A stretch of DNA of 64,000 nt from Amoeboaphelidium protococcarum X5 (taxonomy: Eukaryota; Fungi; Aphelidiomycota), in assembly GCA_023515725.1 (NCBI GenBank), contig JALDTO010000137.1, positions 1-64,000 on the forward strand. Direction: 5' to 3'. The notes below the pieces were generated by a model. It was not told the DNA's origin, made no database searches, and worked only from the letters and a program-made list of their open reading frames with translations. Made by a program: the position numbers and the translations under genes. How positions within the stretch are numbered: the first letter of the stretch is position 1; each line of letters starts with the position of its first letter. Positions 13,807 through 27,642 of this stretch are shown piece after piece.

Positions 13807-14910
13807 TCACTATTCACTTTGCATGACCAGCGAATTCTTTATAGGATCATCTGAATTGTACTCTTTATTAATGGTGTGACTCTCCATAGGAGTAGATTCA
13901 CCATTGTCCAGCTAATCCAGAGTATGATCTTCCATTTACCATTTAGGTAACATTGAACTAACCTGCGCATTATCTGCAAGAGTTGGCTTATTATCATCCA
14001 CCATAGCAGAGTCATTAATGGGAGCAGCAGCAGAAATAGAGGAAGTAGCAACGCTCGCAGGAGAAGATTATGGCATGGCTGCAAAAGACTTGCGACTTAG
14101 TAGAAGAGCTTTCAGACTTTTGATCTCACTCTTTACCTCATTAACTTTCAACACGACATCTTACGCGTCAAATTCATCACCATAGGTGTTGTTGTTATTG
14201 TTACTAACATTTTATCTTTCAATGAGATCGGATAGCGATGATTGCAATTAAGAAATTTAAGACTCCAACTGCGTTTTAATCTAGTCTTTAGTCTACGCAA
14301 TATGACGCTCCATAGCCTTATCAATCGCAGCCTCCCACTTCTACTCTACATCTGAACTAACGGTATCCTTAACTTCCGCCAATCTCATCCACTGAGGCAC
14401 TGACTGGTAAAAATACTTTTATACCGCGTGGTAACCAGCAACAACTAGAGATGAAGCAAATGCAGATATTATGAACATATCAACCCACATTCTGGCACGG
14501 CTGTTGTACAAAGAAGGCCCCGGGTATGGTTAATGAACAACGGCGGCAGCAGCATTAGATGGATACTGAGGCAATGGAGGCGGCTGAGATGACGCGTTAT
14601 ATGACTGAACATTACTCTACTCAGAATTCGCGGACGGAGACGACTAGGAATATACAATCTTCATCACTTGCTAAATGTCATCCGGAGACAGCCCTTTAGA
14701 CTCAAGGAATGCCATCTTCTTGGCCATGGGAGCATTCGACACTTTTGGATCGAGCATAAATTTGACTGCGGCATCTACCAGGCCCTGATTGCTCTATGTT
14801 GATTGAGGTGCAGGTACTTGCTGATTCTATTCTTATTTCACTTACTTTGTCTCACTCGGTGCTTTATCAACTCCAACAGAAGCTTCTCCCGACTTGTTAG
14901 ATTCACTCAT
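13807..14910 (-). CDS. PEX14: Peroxisomal membrane anchor Pex14
   Basis: LVDAAVKFMLDPKVSNAPMAKKMAFLESKGLSPDDI, then a TM segment, coiled coil and SLKALLLSRKSF. Confidence 0.9.
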
Positions 14911-14989
14911 TCTATTACGACACTATTCCGCTATAACCTTTTAACACAATTTTTGCTTCAGTCAATACAATGAAGAAGGAAAGAAAACG

Positions 14990-15090
14990 CGTCTCTCTTC
15001 TCTCGCTCTCGCTCTCTCTTTCTCACTTCTCTCACCGTTATTATTGCGCCCGACCTGTCTCTCAATCTTTCTGTTCTCTTTCTCGCCTGT
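14990..15090. promoter_or_regulatory. CT-rich tract in the PEX14/TOA1 divergent promoter
   Basis: Pyrimidine run (tctctcttctctcgctctcgctctctctttctcacttctctc) next to ACGCGT in a 316-bp head-to-head intergenic region. Similar GA/CT tracts lie upstream of TOM22 and PMC1. Confidence 0.45.
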
Positions 15091-15226
15091 TGTGTTGAGT
15101 GAGGCTTTTCAGTTGTTTCTTTCTAGTACTTCCCTCTCTTTTATTGTGGTATACTGTAGTAAGAACTTTCTGTCTTGTTAGTAGAAATATTTCAACTTTA
15201 GAGAAGGAAACGCGTGTAATATCAAT

Positions 15227-16096
15227 ATGACATCTAATAGGAGGAATACTGGTTTGGAGAGTACTACCGCGTTGTATAAGCATGTTATCAATGAGGTTTG
15301 TGAGAAGGTGCAAGGTGAGTTTATCAACGCGGGAATTGATGAGAGTGTCCTGCATGACTTGAAATGGCTATGGAGACGGAACGTGGCAAAGAGTTAGTGT
15401 TGCGCTCATGAGCAAGAAGCTGCGGATGAATTTGCCGAGTTTGGCTTCAAGATTGAAGAATTGAAGCCATAATAATAACAATAATAATCAGAGTCTGAAA
15501 GTTAAGATGAACAGTAAAAGTCCAAGTCATAACTGCAATAGGCTCAAGACGATGATGATGATGATGATGATTTGTCTCCAATTACCGATGATGAATAGCC
15601 GGTGGAGTAGTAGTCATAAAGCACAGCGGAATAGGGAACGCTATAATTTTTACCTCTCACATCTACTACGAACTAATAATCCTCATCCAAGAGAAAGAGA
15701 GCTGATGATGATGATTAAAAGAAGAGCAATGATCAACCGCGGAGTAAAAAGACTTTAAATACGTCCAAGCTTGACGCGTAAAAACAGAATCTGGATGAAG
15801 TTGATCTCGGATCTGATTTAGATGATAGCTCCGACTAAGAAGAAGAAGAAGAAGTAGAGAAAGATCATGCTGATGATAATAATACGCCTGGTTAGTAGAG
15901 TGGAAAGGCCGCATAGTCTGGCAACAGCAGTGGTGTGAAGAAGTCCAAATCTCAACCCGCCGGTCTTATCCTGTGTCAGTACGATAAAGTTACCAGGAGC
16001 AGAAACAAGTGGAAGACGCAACTTCGTGATGGCGTAGCTAATGTTAATGGTCGAGATTATGTTTTCAGCAGAGCCTAGTTGGAATTCTAATTCTGA
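15227..16096 (+). CDS. TOA1: TFIIA large (alpha/beta) subunit
   Basis: LYKHVINEVCEKVQGEFINAGIDESVLHDLKWLW, an acidic linker, and LILCQYDKVTRSRNKWKTQLRDGVANVNGRDYVF. Confidence 0.92.
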
Positions 16097-16235
16097 TATG
16101 AGGTTGAGAATTCATAATAATAACACCTGCAATACTTGATCAATAGTATACTAGGTAGTTTTTCAAATAAATCAGTTTCATCATACATTTAAAATTACAA
16201 TCACTCAATTGCTAGTAGTATTGTCAGTCAGTTGA

Positions 16236-16691
16236 TCAATCCAATTTTTCTAAACTGGTCAATCTTTGTATAATATTTCTCTTGCTAGTCTCACACATTT
16301 CACCAGCTAGAAATATTTCATCCAGGATGGCGTACACTTTCCAAAAGTTGAATAGGAGATCCAGTTCACACACATTGCCAAAGAACTCATCCAGCACCTC
16401 GACGAATAGATGGATCGCTTCCAAGTAGGCCAATTCATTGACACCGAGCTGTGGTGCATTAGGAGATGGTGATATGCAGAGAGTAAAGTACAGGCCGGCG
16501 TATCGTCTATAGACCAGTTCATAATTACGAAATTCTACAAAGTTACTCTAACTCTTGGAATCTCTCAGCGATATCACTCGGTGCACCTCAGCCTTCAATT
16601 TGCTCTTCTCATCCTCGCTATAACTGGCATACCATTTCTCCAATCTCGCCTTTCCCTGTCTATTCTACACAAGCACAAATCTAATTGTCAT
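16236..16691 (-). CDS. APS2: AP-2 adaptor sigma subunit
   Basis: MTIRFVLV[TAG=Q][32 protein letters not shown], and [31 protein letters not shown]. Confidence 0.93.
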
Positions 16692-17099
16692 ACTACCCCG
16701 TAATTGTTGATTTTATATTTTTATACAGAGATTGTTTGGTTGATGCAAGAATTGTGTTGAGAGAAACACAAAATGAAACGAGAGAAATCAATTGAGATGA
16801 TCAGGGCGCTTTTAACATATTGAGATGGAGAGTAATAGTTACAATAATGTTTGCTGCGATTATGGTAATACCGGGAGTGGAGTCATTAGTATTTATTGCA
16901 GTAACAATATTACCCACTCGATTTTGGCTTGACGCTAAAGCAAACAGTAAGAGGATCTAATTGTGTGCATTGAAACTTCAACGTCAACTCAATACGCGAG
17001 CTAGAAATTAAGTTGATCGAAAGAAAGTCAATAGATAAGATTGCAAGAGATATATATATTAAAACTTATACGGAGAGATAACAGTGCACAGTAATATGT

Positions 17100-18197
<1,098 letters not shown>

Positions 18198-18317
18198 TGC
18201 TAACGATGATACTTATTTCTATATTTTGTACCACAGACTTATGTAAAGCGACTGTAATAATAATATCCAAGGGAGAAAGAATAATGCTAATAATAAGAAG
18301 CGAAAGATAAGGAGTTT

Positions 18318-19487
18318 GGGCCGATCTCTCGTTCGTGCACTTCAAAGTTTTTTTGAAAATTTTCTTTAGTAGATCACTAGATGATGGTTCGCTTGTTTCA
18401 CAAGTATTTTGATATGATTTGTAGCATTATAGTATATATGGTTCTCATTGAAACTGGTCTTAAATCGAGATATTCTCTCTGAACCCGTGTCTTTCCTTTA
18501 ACAAGTAACTCGCCTCGTTTGATTATTACTCTGCTAAACATGAAGGTTAAAGTCTCATTGATTGAGGACTTGTCGCGTTACTTTAATGTCATTGGTATTA
18601 GTCTGATTCTACATCTGTAGCTCTATTTGTCTTATTATGTATCCAAGTCAAAAAACGTGCGCTATCCATTCCTGCAAAGTAAAGATTCTAGACTAGACGA
18701 TACTTCCGATTGCTATCCGTGTGTTCAGAGTAAATCAGAAACTCGGATATCAATGACGCATCGTGACGTGGTCTGATACGATGGTGTTAATGATTGAATC
18801 ATTCCCTGTTAAAATGATGCAAGTTGACGCCTTACTTCTCTTCTTGATAAGAAATTGCAAGAATTGTGATATTATTAAATAATAGAAAGTTGCATTTATA
18901 TCTTTGGGTGCGTCCCTATTGAAACTGTCTCAGTCTTGGCGCTGGCCATTTCACAGAGTATCGCGTTAATGTCTGAGCTTGCATTGTAATGTCACAGAGT
19001 TTATCAAGAGGGAAGTGACATTGGTTGCAGTTGACCTGGTGGAGCAGTCTTTTTGCATTTAATGTGTGATGTCTGTTTGCATATCTTGCTAAAATATTAT
19101 CGCGCTAATTACAATGTTTAGTCTCCATGTCAGAAAGTATTTTCGTTTGCTAGTCATTGTTGTTGTATCATACTGTGATTGTCTTTGCGTCTGATTAAAT
19201 TGGGTAAATGGTGGACGGCTGCCGTGCTTAGTACTGCTATGGAGGCGCTCATTGGTACTGCAGATGTCGAAAGGCTTATGCAATGAGTTTAGGCATGGTG
19301 CCAGGCTAAATTGATCAAGGTTAAGGTGATGGTGTCTAGTTGTAATATCAGGTTGAGTTTTTGGGCTTTGTTACGTCGTTGAGACAGTTCGAGGATTACA
19401 GTTGCTACTACGGGGATATGTGGGTACCCCGATGAAAAGATCGCCGGAGCTTTTTTAAAGTGTACGAGTGATCGCTTAACCCACATG
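18318..19487. repeat. Dispersed ~1.17-kb non-coding element, copy 1
   Basis: Aligns end to end with 60851-62025, from GGGCCGATCTCT to AACCCACATG. Flanks are unrelated, no ORF is conserved, and the ends are imperfect inverted repeats. Confidence 0.9.
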
Positions 19488-19797
19488 TATCGCGAAGAAT
19501 GTACAAAGCTAAAAGCCAATAGAGACTGATGATATTGATATGATCTGATCAATCCAGAACATCATAGTCCAGTTCCAGCCTCGTGGCGCAGTACAAGTCT
19601 AGAACATCAAGCGCGTTCTAATAGCCAGCTATAGCGAATAATGACTTTCTCACTGTAATAAGAAATATATTGATCATCACTCAATACAGAATATTTCTAG
19701 TTCTTTTAATGACGTAATAATATTTAAAAAATAAATCATGACATGTCAATAATAAGTATTATACACTAGTAAGTAGTATATTAATAACAAGTGCTAA

Positions 19798-20511
19798 TCA
19801 CTGCAGGAGGGAGCGAGCGAATTGATCACGAACGTTGACGAACGCATCACGCAGACTGCCTTCATTCAAACCTTCGCGCAGAATGTTACGCAATGACCCG
19901 CCTGAACTACCACCATCTGTTCCACTGCCAAGTACATCTCCCGTCTTTCTAATGGCACGCTGTGCGATCACTTGTGGATCCGACTCTAGAAATACACCAC
20001 TGTCTACAGTCTCATCAACTACCAGAAATACAGAGTCCAGATTCTCCATCACAGTTCTCTTTTCAATCTAACCACGTAGGACTTGAGCCAAAGCACCGGA
20101 TATCACCTCTAGTACACTGCCAACCAGAAGTTCATTCTCATTCGACGCAGCGATAATATGGATAGACACATCGGAAAAGTTTCTATACACTGTCATGTAC
20201 TGAGAATCAATCAGAGTCACATCTCCCGATGGAGAGTTGGCAAGAGCAGCCGCTTTGGGATTCAAGTTGTGCTTGATGGAGGTCTTTTCAAAAAGCAGCT
20301 TCTCAAAGGCTTTCTAATCTTTGCCGGTCGATAAGCTGGTTGCCTTGCCTTATTATTACGTCTGAGCAGGTTAAGCTGCAGCAGGGTGATTATAGTACTT
20401 GGCCAAGATCCTCTTACCATCCAAGTCCATGAATATTATCGCTTTCACCAGATACAGAGTGAAGTTGGTATTTTTCAAGAATGCAGATTATTACGCTGTT
20501 GGAGCCACCAT
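19798..20511 (-). CDS. RET3: Coatomer zeta subunit
   Basis: TLYLVKAIIFMDLDGKRILAKYY, FEKLLFEKT, ENELLV and MENLDSVFLVVDETVDSGVFLESDP. Confidence 0.92.
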
Positions 20512-21030
20512 ATTTATTTTGTAGATACTAGTGTTTTATAGTTTCAAAAATACCTAGACTTGAAATATACAATAATCCTGTTAACACCACACAAGAATTG
20601 AAAGAAACTTCGAAGGAAACAAGAAATAGCTTAATGAATATCTTCTATATTGTTACTAGTTCTTACGAGGAACAAACGCGTATTATAATGCAATGACTTA
20701 TTCACCATGGCATGGATATATTGTATTCCTTTCCAACGATACTCATATCTCTTGCCCATATCCGCATCGTTCGCGCGAAATGTCATAGCTACCACTGTTG
20801 CCGAAGACATTGATGACAGCCAATCAATGTGGATGGCAACATATTGGCGTAGCCACGTCGTATTTTTAACATACTTTTACAAAATTCCCGCCTCAAGTAG
20901 AAGTACCTCTCTTCTCCTTTCAAACTCTCACGCTACTTATCTAATAACTAGCACATTCACATAAGACCAAATTGTTACTGCCTAATTAGAAGTCCCGTAC
21001 GAACAAACAATCGATCTTATAACTATAACT

Positions 21031-22224
21031 ATGAAACTGTCTTTGGTTGCAATTCTGTTGTCCGTCTTTGCTGGTGATTCTCATGCACTAATTGAGCCAT
21101 AAGCTTCCCTGAGTGATGCGTTCAAGTTCAGCTCCAACTTTACTGCTCCAAAGTTTGGAGATAAACTGAAAGCTGCTCTGGGGTCTTTCAATGAAGATGA
21201 ACGTGACACTGGTATCTAGGGCAGAAGTTTTTCATCGATTGACGTCAATGATGACCGCATCCGTATCAAGTCCGACTCTCGCGTTAAGGTGGGTAAGCAA
21301 AAGTCCTTTAGTCGTGTCGATGTTGAATTCTCTACCAAGAGTAATCTGCCACGCTTCTTCTATAGGTACTTGGCAAAAGAGTCTCAGACTACTGCAAACT
21401 TTGCCTCTCGCATTGCTTTCCTTCGCCTGGTTGAGTTCAATGACACCATTGCTCTAGGTGCCTCTAGCCGTATGTTGAACTTCCGTGGAGATAGCTCGAA
21501 CTCTGGCTCTGGATCTGGTACTGGACGCTCGTGGTCCAAGTTCACTGATCAGAAGGGTAACAAGAAATTCGCCTACCAGAATGGCACTGTTCAGACTGCT
21601 CAGACATCATTGGTATTCGAGAATGATCCTCACTGGGGCAATCTGAATGTAACTGTGAAGGCATTCATTGCCGATATGCCAACCACGAACTTTAGTGATC
21701 CGGACTCTGGTACTAACAATGTGGCATTGAATCCTAATGCTATCAAGTGGAGTGTTCTGATCAAAGACTTTCCGTACAAGTATGAGAACTCAAAGGTTGC
21801 TCTGATTATGGGATTCTTTGAGCGTGACAATTCCGTCAGTATGAGCAGTAACTCAGAGGCTATAGTCTAGATTGGTAGCAGCGGCGGTGTCTTCTCTTGG
21901 AATACTTCTGTGGTTGCAGATGGTCAGTTGAAGCCTATTTAAGTCAGCTCTCTGTACACTAACTCTAGTGATTCATCTGCCTATGCAGACATTGTAGTGA
22001 CCTCTGGTGATGGTAGCAGCGCCGAGTCCAAGACTCTATCCTCAGAGACATCCAGGAACGGAACATTTGTTGCCTTCGTGTTCCCAAAGGCCAACTCTTT
22101 AATTTGGGATCCTGAAGTTGCATACTATGGAAGTGCCTCTGCAACCAGTGTCGCGTCGAGCTCTGTTGCATCTAGCTCCATGTTAATGGCTGGATTGGCA
22201 CTACTTTACGCGCTAATTCAATGA
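21031..22224 (+). CDS. Secreted, probably GPI- or tail-anchored surface protein of unknown function, 397 aa
   Basis: Signal peptide MKLSLVAILLSVFAGDSHA, a beta-rich body with several NxS/T sites, IWDP, a Ser-rich spacer and hydrophobic C-terminus MLMAGLALLYALIQ. Confidence 0.75.
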
Positions 22225-22521
22225 ATGTTCGATGGTATTATCTGACAATTTTAATGACAGAAAAGTATAAAAAAATGAATGAGAACGACGCGAATAATAT
22301 GATTAAAAATAAGATGATAAAAAATACAAATGTTTTGTTTAAAAGTTAATAGCAGTTGTTTCAAGACTTGAATGAGCGTTTTATTGTTGTTTCACGTTGT
22401 GCGCATTGTTTTTAGTTTCTCACTCGTTTCCCTTCACGTTCACTTGTTCTCGTCTTCGCTGTCGTCATTGTCCCATTTTCAAAGAGACTGAGATACCATT
22501 TGATACAAGGAACGTTTTAAA

Positions 22522-23188
22522 ATGCCCAAAGTTACCAGATCAACAACAGCAAAGGCCGCTTCTAAAGATGTGTCTCCTATTGTCAAGGCTGCAGCGAAGA
22601 AGGTACAAGGAACTAGCTCGAAAAGTCCTGATGTAAAGAAAACCGCTCCGGTGAAGAAAGCTGCTGCGCCTAGTAAAGGTTTAACAGTTGGCGATAATGC
22701 ACCTGCTGACTTGCCAGTATCCGATGATACGGGAAAAGAAATGCCACTGGGTGAAATTTGGAAGAGTAATGGAGTGATTATTTTCTTTTATCCAAAAGCG
22801 AATACTCCTGGATGCACCACTCAGGTAAGTTTTGAATCTTCTCCTTAAGATTTCTGTAATTGTTATTTACTTTCGCTCTGTGTAGGCTTGTGGATTTCGC
22901 GATAATTTCGAATCTATCAAGAAGAAGGGATATCAGATTTACGGCATGTCGGCTGACAGTATTAAATCTCAAGCTAACTGGAAAGCGAAACACAACTTTT
23001 AGTATAGCTTGCTATCTGACCTGTCCAAGGATCGTACCGCCTTGAAAGCTCTTGGCGTGAACAAGGGCGCGTCATCAATCTCGCGTTCTCACATCATTAT
23101 CGGCAAGGGTGGTGTAGTTGAACAAGTGGCATATGGTGTGTCTCCTAAGGATAGTGTTTCAGGGGCGTCTGAATTTGTTGGTATCTGA
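22522..23188 (+). CDS. DOT5: Peroxiredoxin Q/BCP (Dot5-like) with basic N-terminal extension
   Basis: FFYPKANTPGCTTQ|ACGFRDN across intron 22825-22885 (GTAAGT..TAG). K/A/P-rich N-terminus. Confidence 0.9.
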
Positions 23189-23555
23189 TTCTCATATGAC
23201 AGCAGTTTGATTTACTGTATATCTGAACTCTATTTCGTGAATCTAGTTTAAAATGTTGTTTCGATCCGTACTTTATTGCTTATGATACTTATTTCCGGAC
23301 CCACTCCATTATTGTGAGATGGCTCGTTTGTAGACGTACATTAAATGAAGCTTTTGCTTCACTCAGCGCAACCGTAGATACCTCAGTTGCATCCATAACA
23401 GCAAGTATGCTCATAAGGGGGCATGCATGATCGCTACCTCAGTCCAATCACGAGTGTTAGCATGTGTAAGGAACCAAATCTAGGGGTCACTATAACTTTT
23501 TCTAATTTTACTATAATCTGTATACCTGTTAAAAGCAACAAGCAGACTAAAAAAT

Positions 23556-24965
23556 ATGATATCCATTTTGATATACGTGTAAACAATTTTGCATATCGTA
23601 TATATTGCGAGTGCCGCCAAAATGAAAATTGGCCACTGGAAATTGCTTGACCTGCCCCTGGCGCTGGAGGAAACATTGCCAGGTCAATTATATCAAGGCC
23701 AAGTGGAGGTTACCGTTGATCTGAGTATTACTGCAGGCGCTAAGGCTATCGGGTTGGAAATTGCTAATGCAGCCTAGATGTTGGCTCTTCCTATAGTTGC
23801 TCCGGGAATTGGTGCTTTAACTATTCCATTTGCATGTAAAGAGTATATTCAAAGTATACGATCTCCGGTAATTTATCATCTGAACGCAAAGTAGAATTCT
23901 GTGCACAAAAGTTCTAATTTAGACGGAGTCAATGGGAAAATGTTGCGGCATGTTTCTGAAAACAAAAGATTTCAAAAGCACTATGTTAATCGTTTGCGCA
24001 ATGATCCATTATACCAAGAAAAAAGATTGTATTAACCATCATCCAAGTTTTGCAATTCGCACTACTCTCAAGTATACATTCTGTTAGATTTCGCCGATGA
24101 GTATGCTTAAGAAAAGACTCTGGATAATTTTATGTTGAATTTTGGTATGCAATGGGGAAAGTACGAGATCAACGTTGATTTCGTGCCTCTCTCTGAATAT
24201 CCTGCAGGTTTTAATCGCTGGCATTATGTGGCTACGCGGACGGGGTCGTTTGCCTAGCATTTTGCGAATCTAGAGCATGTATTTGCGTTCGAACGGCTAC
24301 CTTATACTTCATCGGGTGGTAAAATTGATCTAACTGATATTTTGCAAGGTCGTCCATATGTTCTGTTTCGCTTTGCATTTAAAAAGTTGGAGGGTCATAA
24401 TTTGCAGCGTAAACCTGATCACTTGCAATTGGCTTTATTTGATTTTGGGTTTAAGGAAAGAGAATTCAGGGTAAATCATGTCGAATTTGATCGTTTGACC
24501 ATCCAGAATGGCGACAGGTCAGTGGAAATCAGCCAAGACTTCTTTAAAGCTTCCCACTTGTTCCAACTTTTGTGTTCGTGGTAGCCTGATTGTTCGCGAT
24601 CTGGTGTTCTATCCTCAGACTCTCTAGATCTGCCTTTAATTGATTTTCTGCAAGGATATTATGATAATGGTTAATTTTTGTGGCCTACACAAGTTTCTCT
24701 GGAATTTATAGTAAAATTGTTGGATACTATGGAGTACATCATGCTGGATCTATACACGTATAAAAAAATGGCTGATTTAGTAATTTCATTTGTAAAGACA
24801 AAGAAGGAAATGGTTCAGCCGCTGCTCTTTTTAATATCTGGTCTGTCTTTTTACAAAGAGTACGTGAAGAGCGCGTTGTCTGCGGAAGTTCGTTAACTAA
24901 TTCAGCATATATTTCGCAATCACAAAGAAGATTTTGAATATAGATTGCTCATTAGTGATCAATGA
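23556..24965 (+). CDS. Secreted protein with a C-terminal BTB/POZ-like domain, 469 aa
   Basis: One TGA-free frame joining ORFs 23589, 24342 and 24678. Hydrophobic N-terminus MISILIYVQTILHIVYIASA. BTB-like segment DRLTIQNGDRSVEISQDFFKASHLFQLL..LIDFLQGYYD..VKLLDTMEYIML. The domain call is by eye. Confidence 0.6.
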
Positions 24966-25618
24966 GATAAGTATGATTGCTGTAGAATAAATAGAAATAA
25001 ACGAATTAAATATTAAGTTTTCGAAATGAGAAGTCTTAATTACTTTGTTTTTCTCTTCAATGAGCAATAGAATGAACGAGGCTCTAACCTTAACATAGGC
25101 TTCTAAATCACGCCGCTCCCATCAGTACTGTAACTGGCAATCTCTGGACAACATTAGTAGCAAAGACTTCAGCATATTAAAGTTAACTCCTTGAGATTCA
25201 GCAGATTGAAACTCGTAAAATGTGAGTGTGAATTTGCTTATTAACATTTGACACGTTACGCCCTTCACGCTCGCGTCACTCACACCGCTTGGCACATACT
25301 GTATATCTATCTATTCGGGTGAATTTAAACTCTGTGCCCTAAAACTATTCATAATCCGACAGTGTATGAATCCCCTAAATGTAATGATTTATTTGAGTTC
25401 TTTAGGTGTTTGAGAGTTATACACATAGATTTACAGTAATCACATTCGTCTCAATGGATATTCGTTCGTTCACGTGTATTTGTTTCAAGTCGACGCAATC
25501 GAGCGAACATCCCCGTGTCTCTTCTACTCTCTTGACTCTCATATTTCCTTTCTGTTGAATCTTAATACAGTTCGGTGTTACGGTATATTGCGTGGCGATT
25601 ATTAAAGTTCAATTCAGA

Positions 25619-27146
25619 ATGGAAAGCGGAATTGTGAATGGAAGATATTACTTGCAAGAAATGGTTGGAGAGGGATCGTATGGCTAGTAATTTTTCAATT
25701 TACTTCTTAAAGTTCTGATCATTCTATCATTATATTTTAAAATTTCATTCGGGTCTTTGTAGAGTATGGCTATCCCTTGACATGGAGTCTCATAATCAGG
25801 TGGCCTTGAAGATTTTTGATATCACGTCTGCTGATAAGCCTACTAAGCAGCGAATTTAGAATGAGATAAAGACTCAGAAGAGTTTGGGCCGTCATAATAA
25901 CATTGTCTAGTTTTACTAATCTTGGCTTTAATAACCTTTAGTGTTCTGTGCCATAGAGTATGCTGCTGGCGGAGAATTGTTTGACAAGATTCAGCCTGAC
26001 GTTGGCCTAAATTCTAGTCTTGCCCATCACTACTTTCATTAACTGATCAGTGGACTGGAACATGTGCATAAACACGGTGTGTGTCATCGTGACATTAAGC
26101 CAGAGAATCTTCTGCTCGATTCTGATGGATAGTTGAAGATTGCAGATTTTGGATTTGCCACATTTTACATTGTCAACGGCGTGGTGCAGCGCAAAAGTCT
26201 CATATGTGGATCGCGGCCGTACTGTGCACCTGAAGTATTTTTCGAGAATTATAATGGTCAGCTGGTGGATATCTGGTCATGCGGAATTGTGTTACTGGTT
26301 ATGTTGACTGGGCAGTTGCCGTGGACTAGCGCTACGGAGGGCGATTAAGAGTTTGAACGCTTTGTCAATCTGTATTATAACGATCGCAGTCAATTGAAGA
26401 ATGTATCTCCTTTCCCAAGACTGGATAGTGAAGAAGTGTTCCAACTGCTGTGTGGAATGCTGAGCGTCTAGGAAGAGGATCGATGGTCCGTGTAGTAAAT
26501 TAAGAGCTGTAGGTGGTTTAAATAGAGGCGATTAAATCCATCTACTGAAGATATTACTTGTTCTCTGCTGTCTCAAATGGATATTGATGATGTGATGGCA
26601 TCACAAGACTTCATAGAACCTTATTCATCAGCTTCAGAAGTAGCCCCAGCTATTGGTGATTAAGATTTCGCACTATCCCAGCCAGCGATGATGTCAGAGA
26701 GAGGTGTCATGCAGACATCTGCTGTGCAGCATAAGTTCTCATAGTCTGACGCGATAAGTATGGATGGATTTTTGGGAACTCTGAGAACTCAGATGACCAC
26801 ACAAGGCCGTCAATATCCACTTGGAAATAGATTGACGCGATTCTATGCTCAGGCTTCTTCCATTGACGTTATAGCTGAGAGATTGTGCGCTATTCTTAGT
26901 GAGTATCTAATACAACATAGAGTGAATGATTAGGCTATAGAGTTTGACACTGCTGATAGGCGCAAAATACCGTTGAAGGGTCAGATTCGACTGCAAAAGT
27001 TGTCTAATGTTGAACACTAACGTCATCAACTTAATCCTATAATTCTTATCAATTTTGTTAAAACAAGAGGAGATCCTATGGAGTTTAAGAGATTGTATTA
27101 TGATATTAAGACCCAGTGCAAAGATTTGATTTGTAAAATACATTGA
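25619..27146 (+). CDS. CHK1: Checkpoint kinase Chk1
   Basis: GEGSYG[Q]V across intron 25687-25762, EYAAGGELFDKIQPDVGL, HRDIKPENLLL, and C-terminal KA1 motifs RLTRFY, DRRKIPLKG and RGDPMEFKRLY. Confidence 0.92.
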
Positions 27147-27268
27147 TGATGCAGTATTTTGAGTTTTCGAGCTAGCATTTATGTTTATAGAAGGTAAAGC
27201 GATATATATCTAGGATTGTTTAAAGCTTTCCCCATAACATGTAGTGTTTAAGAATGTGAGACGTTACG

Positions 27269-27503
27269 ACGGTTAGCATGTTAGGGCGACCGGAGAAATT
27301 ACGATTAGCTGTATCAACTACAATTCAGACAGTGCCACTTCGCTGAATGTAATTTCTAGTATTTATGAGTCGAAATAATTGTCTCAGTGGGAAATACTGA
27401 GCAGCTGTGCTTTACCGGGAGTTCCCACCGCGATAATGGTGAAGCGTGAATTTTACGGTTAGATCATCAAGCGACCGGAGAAATTTCGGTTGATTATTAC
27501 AAT
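27269..27503. repeat. Two imperfect ~50-bp direct repeats between convergent CHK1 and CC2D1
   Basis: Exact 15-mer GCGACCGGAGAAATT at 27286 and 27471, each preceded by ACGGTTAG and followed by TACAAT. Confidence 0.7.
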
Positions 27504-27642
27504 GGCTTCTTGTCTTTCAAATACACAAGTCTTCAGAAGAATTATACTATAAACTGTATATTACAGAATAATAACAATAGTTAATAGTAGTTCATACGCT
27601 ACCATATTTCATACCTCATTTTAACATTTACATATATTGAGC

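Noticed and set aside
18318-19487. Element as RNase MRP/P, telomerase RNA or a C/D snoRNA cluster
   Set aside because: Only weak box-like words were found. There is no convincing P4 helix, template or recognisable rRNA antisense guide, so it is left unassigned.
19289-19552. Protein-coding gene in the repeat element (MWVKRSLVHFKKAP...)
   Set aside because: Copy 2 has an in-frame TGA at 61839, the copies differ by indels, and no transposase or RT motifs are present.
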